In this document: positions 8,255-17,952 of the stretch, one piece after another | How the letters are laid out: each line of letters opens with the position of its first letter | Numbering within the stretch: the first letter of the stretch is position 1 | IMG/VR virus record: IMGVR_UViG_3300035670_000185 | Coordinates: 1,925-65,924 of that record | Length of the DNA stretch: 64,000 nucleotides | DNA from: a virus | Taxonomy: Duplodnaviria > Caudoviricetes | Strand: one strand, 5' to 3' | The notes under the pieces: model-generated | What the model saw: only the letters and a program-made list of their open reading frames with translations | What the model was told of the DNA's origin: nothing | The model's database searches: none | Position numbers and translations under genes: made by a program

Positions 8255-11044
8255 ATGTTTACAGAAAAAGAAATTGAATCGTTTCTACACGGAAACGACC
8301 CCGAGGAATTTATAGTTGCAATCGAATTCGACTACGCTTCCAACTCCATTTACAAAATCAAAGAAATTCCTGGTAAAGGTAAAGAAATCCGTAAGGATAC
8401 ATTTACACCATTCGCATGGGTTGGTGACTTACGAGACATCAACTTCTATGGAGGTTCCAAAGCTGCTCAAAAGGAAGCCATGACCAAACATGGTATCATG
8501 ATTGAAAAACTCGACACACATGGTAATGAAAGATTAGAAAGAGGTATGACTTTTATGGTTAAATCTCTTAAAGGTTATCGTGAACTTATACAATTTTTTC
8601 GTGAGGGTGGATGCGACCCTTGGGGAGAAAAAACCAAAGAGAAAATTATGATTCTTTCTCCCGTAGAACAATATCTTGTATCTAAAGAAAAAAGATTGTT
8701 CAAAGGTTTCGAAGATTACAATCAGGTAACCCGACTTGTATTTGACTTGGAAACGACCGCTTTAGAACCTAAAGACGGTCGTATATTCATGATTGGAATC
8801 AAAACAAACAAAGGTTATCATAAAGTCATCGAGTGTATTGATGAATCTCAAGAGAGAGGTGCAATTATAGAATTCTTTAGAATTATTGATGAGTTAAAAC
8901 CAAGTATTATCGGCGGATATAACTCAGCGAACTTCGACTGGCATTGGATTTTTGAAAGATGTAAAATCTTAAATATTGACCCTAAAAAAATTTGTAAGTC
9001 ATTACACCCACAACATTCTTTCACTCGAAAAGAAAGTATGTTGAAACTTGCAAACGAAGTTGAATCATATACCCAAACTTCTATTTGGGGTTATAATGTT
9101 ATTGATATTATTCACGCGGTAAGACGAGCACAAGCAATCAATTCAAGTATCAAATCCGCAGGTTTGAAATATATTACCCAATATATCAATGCCGAAGCGG
9201 AAGACCGAGTTTACATCGACCACTTAGATATTGCTCCATTCTATACAAAGAAAGAAGAATATTGGTTAAACATTCAGAATGGTAATTATCGTAAAGTAGG
9301 ACAAGACCCTAAGGTTGATAAAATCTGTGAAAGTCGTAGTGACGTATACATAAAAACCACAGGTGATAATCTGGTTGAGAGATATCTTGATGATGACTTG
9401 GACGAAACCTTGAAAGTTGACCAAGAATTCAACCAAGGTTCATTCTTACTTGCTGCGATGATTCCAACAACATATGAGAGAGTGTCTACAATGGGTACTG
9501 CAACATTATGGAAAATGTTGATGATGGCTTGGTCTTATAAACATAATCTCGCAATCCCCGCTAAGGAATCCAAAACTGACTTCGTTGGAGGTCTGTCACG
9601 ACTACTTAAGGTTGGATACAGTAAAGATGTACTCAAACTTGACTTCTCATCTCTATACCCTTCAATTCAGTTAGTACACGATGTATTTCCTGATTGTGAC
9701 GTAACGGGTGCAATGAAAGGTATGTTGAAGTGGTTCCGTGATACTCGTATCAAATACAAAAACTTAGCGGAGCAATATTATGAATCTGACCGTAAAAAGT
9801 CCGAATCATACGGTAACAAACAATTACCAATCAAAATCTTTATTAACTCCATGTTCGGTGCGTTGTCAGCTCCTCAGGTTTATGCTTGGGGTGACATGTA
9901 CATGGGCGAACAAATTACCTGTACAGGTAGACAATACCTACGTCAGATGATTAAGTTCTTCATGGCGAAGGGTTATGTTCCATTGGTTATGGACACGGAC
10001 GGTGTGAACTTTTCCACACCTGAAGATGCCAAAAACAGAGTTTATGTTGGACGTGGATTGAACTGGAAAGTTAAGTTGGGTAAAGAATATTACGGACCTG
10101 AGGCAGATGTTGCCGAATACAATGATATATTCATGAGAGGTGAAATGGCTTTGGATACTGATGGTGTATGGCCCTCATGTATTAACTTAGCCCGTAAAAA
10201 CTATGCGGTTATGGATGCAAAGGGTAAAATCAAACTTACGGGTAATAGTATTAAATCCAAAAAGTTACCAATTTACATCGAGGAGTTTTTGGATAAAGGA
10301 ATCAAAATGTTGTTACAAGGTAACGGTAAAGGATTCGTAGAATATTACTATGAGTACTTACAAAAAATCTATGATAAAAAGATACCTCTATCTAAAATCG
10401 CTCAAAGAGCGAAGGTTAAGTTGACACTTGATGATTACAAAAAAAGATTGACAACTAAAACTAAAGCTGGTAACAGTATGTCGAGAATGGCTCACATGGA
10501 ACTTGCAATCCAAGAAAATTTGAATGTGAATTTGGGAGATGTAATTATGTATGTAAATAATGGTACCAAAGCATCTCAGGGAGATGTTCAGAAAATGACA
10601 GTCAAACAACTTAAAGATTTGAATGCGTACAACAAATTAAATAATCCTAAATCTCCTGAGTTGAAAGATGGTGTAATTGTAAACTGTTATATGCTTGATA
10701 AAGATATTCTTGATAATAACCCTGATTTGACTGGTGATTATAATGTCCCACGAGCGATTGTTACATTCAACAAAAGAATTGAACCTCTTATGGTTGTATT
10801 CCAAGAAGAAGTTAGAAATGGTTTGATTGTAAACGAACCTGATAAAAGAGGTATCTTTACATCTTCTCAATGTGAATTGATTAATGGTCAACCATTGTCT
10901 GACGGAGACCAAGATAGATTGAAAGAAGATGTATTAGATATTACAGAAGCCGAGTTGAAATATTGGGAAAAAAGAGGACTCAGTCCTAACTATATGTATG
11001 ATTTAGCTGAAGAAGGTTGGGAGGAAAAACTTATGACTGTTTAA
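8255..11044 (+). CDS. Family B DNA polymerase
   Basis: Exo motifs FDLETT and GYNSANFD; polymerase motifs DFSSLYPS, KIFINSMFG, MDTDG, RKNYA. Confidence 0.95.
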   Translation: MFTEKEIESFLHGNDPEEFIVAIEFDYASNSIYKIKEIPGKGKEIRKDTFTPFAWVGDLRDINFYGGSKAAQKEAMTKHGIMIEKLDTHGNERLERGMTFMVKSLKGYRELIQFFREGGCDPWGEKTKEKIMILSPVEQYLVSKEKRLFKGFEDYNQVTRLVFDLETTALEPKDGRIFMIGIKTNKGYHKVIECIDESQERGAIIEFFRIIDELKPSIIGGYNSANFDWHWIFERCKILNIDPKKICKSLHPQHSFTRKESMLKLANEVESYTQTSIWGYNVIDIIHAVRRAQAINSSIKSAGLKYITQYINAEAEDRVYIDHLDIAPFYTKKEEYWLNIQNGNYRKVGQDPKVDKICESRSDVYIKTTGDNLVERYLDDDLDETLKVDQEFNQGSFLLAAMIPTTYERVSTMGTATLWKMLMMAWSYKHNLAIPAKESKTDFVGGLSRLLKVGYSKDVLKLDFSSLYPSIQLVHDVFPDCDVTGAMKGMLKWFRDTRIKYKNLAEQYYESDRKKSESYGNKQLPIKIFINSMFGALSAPQVYAWGDMYMGEQITCTGRQYLRQMIKFFMAKGYVPLVMDTDGVNFSTPEDAKNRVYVGRGLNWKVKLGKEYYGPEADVAEYNDIFMRGEMALDTDGVWPSCINLARKNYAVMDAKGKIKLTGNSIKSKKLPIYIEEFLDKGIKMLLQGNGKGFVEYYYEYLQKIYDKKIPLSKIAQRAKVKLTLDDYKKRLTTKTKAGNSMSRMAHMELAIQENLNVNLGDVIMYVNNGTKASQGDVQKMTVKQLKDLNAYNKLNNPKSPELKDGVIVNCYMLDKDILDNNPDLTGDYNVPRAIVTFNKRIEPLMVVFQEEVRNGLIVNEPDKRGIFTSSQCELINGQPLSDGDQDRLKEDVLDITEAELKYWEKRGLSPNYMYDLAEEGWEEKLMTV

Positions 11045-11366
11045 GGCCATCACTTGATAGGATGTACCAGTTTCCACCAACAAATCTAAATTCAATACAA
11101 GCAAACTTATCAACTACAACCTCATCATATTCTTCATCGATTTTACCAACATCGGGGAGTATGACGAGGCTTGTCATTGATTTTACAACCACATGGTCCG
11201 TATTTGACGAATCTAAAATAATTACGGATTCCGAAACTCCTCTAACAATTACACAACTTTCTCCCATCGTCCTGTATGTTGTTTCTGAAACAACAGAAAT
11301 TTCTGATGTGTTAATTACTTCTCCCTTAATAATCCTTCTTGAAGGTATTGATTTTACTATTGCCAT
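11031..11366 (-). CDS. Hypothetical beta-rich protein, probably structural
   Basis: 111 aa; begins 3 nt after the neck gene stop; overlaps the polymerase end by 14 nt. Confidence 0.7.
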   Translation of the reverse strand: MAIVKSIPSRRIIKGEVINTSEISVVSETTYRTMGESCVIVRGVSESVIILDSSNTDHVVVKSMTSLVILPDVGKIDEEYDEVVVDKFACIEFRFVGGNWYILSSDGLKQS

Positions 11367-11369
11367 AAT

Positions 11370-12497
11370 TTAGATAACGTATATTTGTCGAGGCATTGCT
11401 CTGAATTTCATTTGTTTATTTAGGTTTTCAGCAATTAGAGCTTCACGTTCCATTACTTTATCAGGTCTTAACCTTGTTAACCAACCTTCGGCACCAATCA
11501 ATTCTTCAATTAATTTAGTTTTTTCATCTTTTGCCTCAGTCAATAAACTTTGATAATCCATTACTATTTCACTATCAGGTGTTTTGAGGTTACCACTGTA
11601 CTTACCCCTAACTCTTGCCAAAGTTTCTTTACAGTATGCGGTAAACCATCTACGAACCCATTGTTGTCCTGGAACATTCAAATCAGTCCAAGTTAATTCT
11701 TCGATAGGCACGTCAGTTGGTAATTTAATAATATCAGGATTGTTTTTCAAACAATCGGCTCTACTGTCTGGTTCAACATCATAATACCAATACCATACCG
11801 CTTTACCAACGTATAGGTTATAGTTTGACCAGTTGAATTTTCCACCAGGCGTATTGTATAAGTGAATAAGTTTTTTTCCGTCAGGAAGACCTGTAATTCT
11901 ATAAGTCAAGGACCCTCCCAAAATTCTATTAAGGATGTTTGCTTCTTGCATTCTAATCAGGTAGTCAAATCCTGACATCATGAAGTATGATCCTTGATAA
12001 CCCATTTGAGCGTAACCAGCTTCGTTGGCACCTAAACCGATACCACCAAATCCAAATCCACCCAGTCCTCCCAATCCGAATGCTGTCCATGCTTGATTTG
12101 AAAACCACAACAATTCATTAACTTCTCGACCAGCTGGAATTTCATATGTTTGTGTATTAGCACTTAATATAAAATAATCTTTCTTCAGAACCCATGGACC
12201 TTCAGTTTGAAGACCAACAATTTTTGAATATGAGTAACTAAATTGTTGTTCAAAATCCATAGTTCGAGTTACCAATGCTCTGGCAACTGATCTTTCATTC
12301 ATGTTCAAATTGACTAAGTTTACCCACTGTGAATCAATTAACCATTGGAGAATATATTCTTCATAGTCCCCTATGGCTAATTCCATCAGTGAATCCAACA
12401 TTTCGTCTTCTAATTCTACACTTCTGAGAGGAGCACCTAATTGGTGTTTTATTCTTGTGTAAATCCTACTTCGTTCTGGTTCTGGTATTGCTGACAT
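11370..12497 (-). CDS. Neck/head-tail adaptor protein (T4 gp13-like)
   Basis: IKHQLGAPLRSVELEDE near N-terminus and WVRRW..A..KETLARVRGKY near C-terminus are gp13-like. Confidence 0.75.
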   Translation of the reverse strand: MSAIPEPERSRIYTRIKHQLGAPLRSVELEDEMLDSLMELAIGDYEEYILQWLIDSQWVNLVNLNMNERSVARALVTRTMDFEQQFSYSYSKIVGLQTEGPWVLKKDYFILSANTQTYEIPAGREVNELLWFSNQAWTAFGLGGLGGFGFGGIGLGANEAGYAQMGYQGSYFMMSGFDYLIRMQEANILNRILGGSLTYRITGLPDGKKLIHLYNTPGGKFNWSNYNLYVGKAVWYWYYDVEPDSRADCLKNNPDIIKLPTDVPIEELTWTDLNVPGQQWVRRWFTAYCKETLARVRGKYSGNLKTPDSEIVMDYQSLLTEAKDEKTKLIEELIGAEGWLTRLRPDKVMEREALIAENLNKQMKFRAMPRQIYVI

Positions 12498-12502
12498 ATA
12501 AT

Positions 12503-12509
12503 ATAAATA
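12503..12509 (-). promoter_or_regulatory. TATTTAT putative late promoter (neck gene)
   Basis: ATAAATA on the + strand, 5 nt before the minus-strand ATG. Confidence 0.55.
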
Positions 12510-12521
12510 TTCACAAAATGT

Positions 12522-14060
12522 TTATTCGATGTCTAACTTCAGTGCATCGAGTGGGAATACATAGTTTCCATCCACAATTTTTGGTTTTTTATTAAAAATC
12601 AAAACGTTTCTACCTTTTTGGAAAATCAATAAGTCGGTTGAATATTGTTTAACATGTGCTGTCCCGAGAAGTGTTATCGTTCCATTTTCTTCATCAACTA
12701 TTTTTTCTCTAAATGGTTTTACTTGGGCGGTCTCCGTTTGTCCATCACTTGTAAGTGTAAGGTCAATGCCACGTAAAGCATCATCTTGACTACCTAATTT
12801 ACCAACCACATCTACTTTCACTTTTTTTCCGAAAAACCTCTTCAAAATCGCGGCAACTATTTCTTCTCGTTTATTACCCGAAAAATTTCTTTCCTGTAAA
12901 GTTTTCATAATGTTCACAAAACTTGAACTCTCTAAATTGAATATCCTAAATTTGTAATAATCCAATGCGGCAATAAATCTTTCAACTTCACTTAATTGTT
13001 GTTCAGGTGTTTTTCCTACGAACGATATTGGTTTTTTACCTTTGATTGTTTTGATTACTTGATTTATATCATTTAGTAAAATACAGAATGTAGTGTAGTT
13101 TGTATTCAGTTTATTGATAACCGATCTCCCTTCGGACTCTAAGTTAAAAATTCCTGACAATTCACCTGCGGGCGGATTGGCAACATACAAATCACTAAAT
13201 ACTTCCATCAATATTCTATTGATTGCCGCACTATATTTGCGTTTAATGCCCTCGTTAGTGTTAAATAAGGTTCTGTAAAACTCATTATCAGTTGTACTGC
13301 AAGCCTCTGACTTTGCTTCGGATAAAAGTTTTTTGAATTGAACCGACTCCAAAAGTTTTGTTTCAATTTTCATTTCATAAAGTTTTGAAACAAAATCCCA
13401 GTTCACTACCTTCCAAAAATTTGAGATATATTCATCTCTTTTGTTTTTGTATTTCAAGTAGTATGCGTGTTCCCATAAATCCAAACCCAATAGTGGAAAA
13501 CCTCCCCCTTCTATAATATTCATAAGTGGGTTGTCTTGATTTGGGGTGGACATAATTTTTAAGGTGTTTCGTCCTGTTAAAACTAACCACACCCAACCAG
13601 AACCAAATCTTTCTTTGGCGATTTCTTCAAACTTTTTCTTGAATGAAACAAAACTTCCAAACTCTTTTATAATTTTTTTGTATAAATCTCCCTTGAGTTT
13701 TTTCGGTTCAGGTGATAACATGTTCCAAAATAATGCATGGTTGAATGCCCCACCCGCATTATTTCTAATTGTTTTGTCGAATCGACTTATGGTTTTGATT
13801 ATTTGTTCTAACTCTAAATCTCCATATTTTTTCTTGGAGAGAGCATCGTTTAATTTATCAACATATCCCTTATAATGTTTGTTATAATGGAAGTCCATTG
13901 TTTCGGGGTCAATAAATTGTTTGAGGGCTGAGTAGGAATAAGGTAGTTTTTCTATTCCGATTTTTTTCATTTCTGTAATCAACAACTCTTTTTCTCTTGT
14001 TACTTTTTGTTCTACAATTTGTAATTCGAGTTGTTGAATCTTATCTTGTACTTTAGTCAT
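12522..14060 (-). CDS. Fe/Mn superoxide dismutase (Mn-type residues) fused to a C-terminal nuclease-like domain
   Basis: LPYSYSAL, HYNKH, NNAGGAFNHALFW, FGSGWVWL, TPNQDNP, DLWEHAYYL; plus about 270 extra residues with GID...QVK. Confidence 0.9.
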   Translation of the reverse strand: MTKVQDKIQQLELQIVEQKVTREKELLITEMKKIGIEKLPYSYSALKQFIDPETMDFHYNKHYKGYVDKLNDALSKKKYGDLELEQIIKTISRFDKTIRNNAGGAFNHALFWNMLSPEPKKLKGDLYKKIIKEFGSFVSFKKKFEEIAKERFGSGWVWLVLTGRNTLKIMSTPNQDNPLMNIIEGGGFPLLGLDLWEHAYYLKYKNKRDEYISNFWKVVNWDFVSKLYEMKIETKLLESVQFKKLLSEAKSEACSTTDNEFYRTLFNTNEGIKRKYSAAINRILMEVFSDLYVANPPAGELSGIFNLESEGRSVINKLNTNYTTFCILLNDINQVIKTIKGKKPISFVGKTPEQQLSEVERFIAALDYYKFRIFNLESSSFVNIMKTLQERNFSGNKREEIVAAILKRFFGKKVKVDVVGKLGSQDDALRGIDLTLTSDGQTETAQVKPFREKIVDEENGTITLLGTAHVKQYSTDLLIFQKGRNVLIFNKKPKIVDGNYVFPLDALKLDIE

Positions 14061-14078
14061 TGTTGGCTTTAATTTACT

Positions 14079-14085
14079 ATAAATA
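14079..14085 (-). promoter_or_regulatory. TATTTAT putative late promoter (SOD fusion)
   Basis: ATAAATA on the + strand, 18 nt before the minus-strand ATG. Confidence 0.55.
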
Positions 14086-14098
14086 ATACAAAGTCAGT

Positions 14099-15850
14099 TT
14101 ATTTTCTGATTTCGTTTATTCTCTTCAAAATTTCTTCAGCCATATCTGAGGAATTAAGGTTATCCCCCATCACCGTTGCTATAACTTGTTTTTTGTTGTT
14201 TAATATGTCATAGATAATTCCTTCGATTGTGTTTTCGAATATAGGGTAATAAACTAAGACATTATTTTTTTGACCATATCTATATGCTCGGTCCTCCGCT
14301 TGGGCATGATCTGATGGTAGAAATGATAGGTCATTCATTATTACGGCTTCAGCCGCGGTCAATGTTAATCCGACACCCGCAGCTTTAATATTCCCAACAA
14401 ATACTTTAACTTTATCGTTTTCTTGGAAACTATCAACACTATGTTGTCTTTCGTGTTTTGACATTGATCCGTCCACTTTGACAGCGGTTTTTCCAAAGTG
14501 CTGACAAATTTTATTTAGTGAGTCGGTGAAGTTACAGAAAATAATTACTTTCTTGTCTTGTTCAATAATGTTTTCGGCAAGTTCAATCGTTTGGTTGATT
14601 TTTTCATCGGCAATAATTTGTCTTACTTTTGTTAGTTTGGTAAACTGAACGGTAAGGGATTTGGATTCTTCTGGATTTTTATCGTACCAATCATAATACT
14701 CACCCATAACTTCTTCATAAGCCTTTGACTTCAATCTCAAATAAACAGGAGTGATAATTTTTTCAGGTAAATCTAAAACATTTTCCTTCAATCTTCTGAG
14801 AACTAAACCTGTTGTCCTATCCCTTAACTCTTCTAAGTTTGATGAACCTGTGACGTTCCACACTTTTCTACCTCCAACATTGAACTGATATCCACTACAA
14901 TATCTAATTGCGTAAGCCATCCAATTCTTAGCGACAGGGGATTCAATAAGATGTAATAGGTTGAAGTAATCCATAGGTCTTGAGGTCATTGGAGTACCCG
15001 TCAACAACCATAATCTATCTACACCTTTAGCAATGTCGTTGATTAGTTTTGTTCTTTGAGCCGTAGGATTTTTGATATAGTGTGCTTCGTCAACGACCAC
15101 CAAATCAAAATTGGCAGAAATAACTTGCGATTCATCTTTTTTCTTATTGTCATGAAAGTTTTTAATAATGTCATAGTTTATGATAACAAAGTCATGTTCG
15201 GTACTAAATGACTTCCCTTCTGATATGAATACAGACCTATCGGAATAATTTTCAATTTCTCTTTTCCAGTTAATCTTAAGGGTTGCGGGACAGATGATGA
15301 GAATTTTCTTCGCTCCTGTTTCTAATGTCGCAATAATTGTGGAGGTAGTTTTTCCTAAACCCATGTCATCGGCAAGAATAAACTTTTTATTCTCCACAAG
15401 TTTTTGGATTGCTTCTTTTTGATGTTGAAGTGGTGGTCTATGAGAATATTTCTCGTAATCAATTACAACATCTTTGACTGAGTTGTCTTTAATGATTGCT
15501 GCTTTTGGTAACCAAAAATCATGAAACTCTTCTGTATCGAACACTCTACCCCAAATGTGAAATGCTTTTTCAGTATCGCACAATAATTTTTCCACCCATA
15601 CTTTTTCGGGGATTACAGTGTATAATTTATCGTCCGCCAACTTTTTAGCAAAGTACGCGTCTAATATAACCCACTTCCTTGCTACCTTAGGTTGTACCTC
15701 ATGATTGTTAATTATATATTCAGATTGACTTCTTGTTGGATAAAATTTCTTATTTACTTGTGACTTTCGTTTTAATTCAAGTAAGTAATTATTTCCACCA
15801 TCATAGGACTCCAATAATGTCAACGCTTTTGATTCTAAACTTATATCCAT
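14099..15850 (-). CDS. SNF2-family helicase (SMARCAL1-like)
   Basis: LADDMGLGKT, DEAH, LTGTP, GVGLTLT, QAEDRAYRYGQ. Confidence 0.93.
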   Translation of the reverse strand: MDISLESKALTLLESYDGGNNYLLELKRKSQVNKKFYPTRSQSEYIINNHEVQPKVARKWVILDAYFAKKLADDKLYTVIPEKVWVEKLLCDTEKAFHIWGRVFDTEEFHDFWLPKAAIIKDNSVKDVVIDYEKYSHRPPLQHQKEAIQKLVENKKFILADDMGLGKTTSTIIATLETGAKKILIICPATLKINWKREIENYSDRSVFISEGKSFSTEHDFVIINYDIIKNFHDNKKKDESQVISANFDLVVVDEAHYIKNPTAQRTKLINDIAKGVDRLWLLTGTPMTSRPMDYFNLLHLIESPVAKNWMAYAIRYCSGYQFNVGGRKVWNVTGSSNLEELRDRTTGLVLRRLKENVLDLPEKIITPVYLRLKSKAYEEVMGEYYDWYDKNPEESKSLTVQFTKLTKVRQIIADEKINQTIELAENIIEQDKKVIIFCNFTDSLNKICQHFGKTAVKVDGSMSKHERQHSVDSFQENDKVKVFVGNIKAAGVGLTLTAAEAVIMNDLSFLPSDHAQAEDRAYRYGQKNNVLVYYPIFENTIEGIIYDILNNKKQVIATVMGDNLNSSDMAEEILKRINEIRK

Positions 15851-15944
15851 CTATAAGAAAAATATTTGATTAAAATATAGTTATAAACTGAGTATTTATC
15901 AATATATGGGAAAAATCAAATTTCCTAATTGAATGTTGTAAATT

Positions 15945-16460
15945 ATGGGAGAAAAGTTAGTTCCAATTTCGAGATTAGGTAAATTCTTTGGTGCTGAAGA
16001 TTATAGTTTAGATATCGGCATGGGAGAGGAATGGTTGATTGGGGATATGAACTTCACCATAGTTCTTTATCGTGTGGACAGACAAAAGACAAAAACAGAT
16101 GATGTTTACGGTGAAGTTTTGGAAAACGGTGTTCAGTTTCTTGCCCCTGTTGAATTGAAAGGTTTGGTTCAGGTCATGTCACCTACAAGCAAATTTCTTG
16201 GTAATTCAAAAGTTGAACAGAAAGAACCTGGAAATATGAAATTCAGTATCTATCAAAAAACTCTCGATGATTTGGAGGTGGAGATATTTTTGGGTGATTA
16301 CATAGGTTATTATGAATCAGAAGATAGAGTAAGATATTATGTGGTTAGTGATGACGGATATGTGAAATCCGATAATAAACATACGTATGGTGGTTACAAA
16401 CCTTTTTATCGAACGGTTATTGCCACTTACGTAAGTGAAAATGAATTTAGAGGAATATAA
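15945..16460 (+). CDS. Putative head-closure/neck protein (gp14-like)
   Basis: DDVYGE motif, size and position before tail-completion and sheath genes. Confidence 0.5.
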   Translation: MGEKLVPISRLGKFFGAEDYSLDIGMGEEWLIGDMNFTIVLYRVDRQKTKTDDVYGEVLENGVQFLAPVELKGLVQVMSPTSKFLGNSKVEQKEPGNMKFSIYQKTLDDLEVEIFLGDYIGYYESEDRVRYYVVSDDGYVKSDNKHTYGGYKPFYRTVIATYVSENEFRGI

Positions 16461-16624
16461 TGAAAATTATCGTTAGAGAATCCCAACTCAGACGTATTAT
16501 TGAAGTTGTCACAGAAGGTAAAGTTATTTGTGACAACTGTGGTTGGTCTTGGAAACTTTCTGAAGGTGGAAAAGATCCATATATGTGTCATAAGTGTGGG
16601 CACGATAATTCTGAAAACTTATAA
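16460..16624 (+). CDS. 54-aa zinc-ribbon protein (not in ORF track)
   Basis: MKIIVRESQLRRIIEVVTEGKVICDNCGWSWKLSEGGKDPYMCHKCGHDNSENL; CxxC...CxxC; TAATG overlap with upstream gene. Confidence 0.8.
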   Translation: MKIIVRESQLRRIIEVVTEGKVICDNCGWSWKLSEGGKDPYMCHKCGHDNSENL

Positions 16625-16633
16625 GAAAATAAG

Positions 16634-17674
16634 ATGCCATTACCTAAGCAAGTTAAACCTACATTACCACTAGTTCCAAAGAAAACTTTGTATGCAAGAA
16701 GAGAACAACTTCTTGAGTTTATAAATAAAGATGGGACTTATTTACCTAAATCTGTTCTTCACGCTGATTTGGATAGAGGTATGTTGGATTTTGTGAAGGA
16801 AGATCTCAAAGTTGTGACCGCGGGAAAAATAATCCCTATGGTAGATATTATCATTACAACTCAAAATTGGTCACAGTATACTGAAACCGCATTGTTCACC
16901 AATTTGGATTTCAACCCTGAACCTCCATTTATAACTGTGGTAAGACAACCTGAGGTTAAATTTGGTACAAATCCAGCATTACAATATACAATACCTAATA
17001 GAAAACAATTTTATTATGCATCAGTTCCAACATGGAATGGTAACGAACAAGGTATGGATATTTACACAATTCCACAACCTGTTCCTGTAGATATTAACTA
17101 TAGTGTGAAAATTATCTGTAATAGAATGAGAGAGTTGAATGAACTCAACAAGATTGTAATGCAGAAATTTTCATCAAGACAAGCGTATACATTTATAAAA
17201 GGACAATACGTGCCAATCATATTGAATAATATCTCTGACGAATCTCAAATCAATTTAGATTCAAGAAAATATTTTATTCAAAATTATGATTTTACAATGT
17301 TGGGTTATTTGATTGATGATCAAGAGTTTGAAGTGAAACCAGCAATCGCTAGAGTTGCTCAGATTATGGAATTAGATACCACAGTATTAAAAAGAAGAAG
17401 ACCTAAATTTCCTGAAAATCCTGATGAATTTTTATCTAACTTCTTATACATTGTTGGTAATAATACTCTAAGTGAAATAATAGATTTTACCGCTAACATG
17501 TCTTTGGTTGGGTCGACAAATGTGGAGAGTTTTGATGTGTACATTAATGGTGACTATTTTGGTAGTGATGTATCTGAAATACAAATTACCACGAATGATA
17601 TATTGAGAATTGATGTAGTTAAAACTAACAACTCCTCTGAATCGACAATTAAGTTCGAATCACAATTGGTTTAA
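16634..17674 (+). CDS. Putative tail terminator/completion protein (gp15-like)
   Basis: PVPVDINYSV..ICNRMRELN pattern and position upstream of the sheath. Confidence 0.55.
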   Translation: MPLPKQVKPTLPLVPKKTLYARREQLLEFINKDGTYLPKSVLHADLDRGMLDFVKEDLKVVTAGKIIPMVDIIITTQNWSQYTETALFTNLDFNPEPPFITVVRQPEVKFGTNPALQYTIPNRKQFYYASVPTWNGNEQGMDIYTIPQPVPVDINYSVKIICNRMRELNELNKIVMQKFSSRQAYTFIKGQYVPIILNNISDESQINLDSRKYFIQNYDFTMLGYLIDDQEFEVKPAIARVAQIMELDTTVLKRRRPKFPENPDEFLSNFLYIVGNNTLSEIIDFTANMSLVGSTNVESFDVYINGDYFGSDVSEIQITTNDILRIDVVKTNNSSESTIKFESQLV

Positions 17675-17832
17675 CCCTCACCGTAGATATCTTTCTTTTC
17701 TTTACAGTTTTCAATAATAAGATTTTCTAAAAACTTATAAATTTTGATTCCACGCTTCTCACAGTATTTTTTTAGTATATCATGAGATTCAGGTGATATT
17801 TTAATATTCTTTATTTCTTTAGTTGTTTTCAT
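17671..17832 (-). CDS. 53-aa ribbon-helix-helix-like DNA-binding protein (not in ORF track)
   Basis: MKTTKEIKNIKISPESHDILKKYCEKRGIKIYKFLENLIIENCKEKKDIYGEG: beta-strand KNIKI, helix, G-turn, helix. Confidence 0.7.
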   Translation of the reverse strand: MKTTKEIKNIKISPESHDILKKYCEKRGIKIYKFLENLIIENCKEKKDIYGEG

Positions 17833-17911
17833 GGGCAGAAAAAAGGTAGAATAAAATCATACTACTTACAAATAGATATTCAAAAGTCAAGTTTTTTCAT
17901 GTAGATATGAA

Positions 17912-17918
17912 TATTTAT
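17912..17918 (+). promoter_or_regulatory. TATTTAT putative late promoter (sheath)
   Basis: Recurrent sense-strand intergenic motif; see findings. Confidence 0.6.
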
Positions 17919-17952
17919 CATTAAAATAAATCTGCAATAGAATAATCAAAGC

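Noticed and set aside
11017-11784. Plus-strand ORFs 11017..11373 and 11584..11784, and similar short ORFs nested in long genes
   Set aside because: Overlap better-supported genes and show no recognisable motifs.
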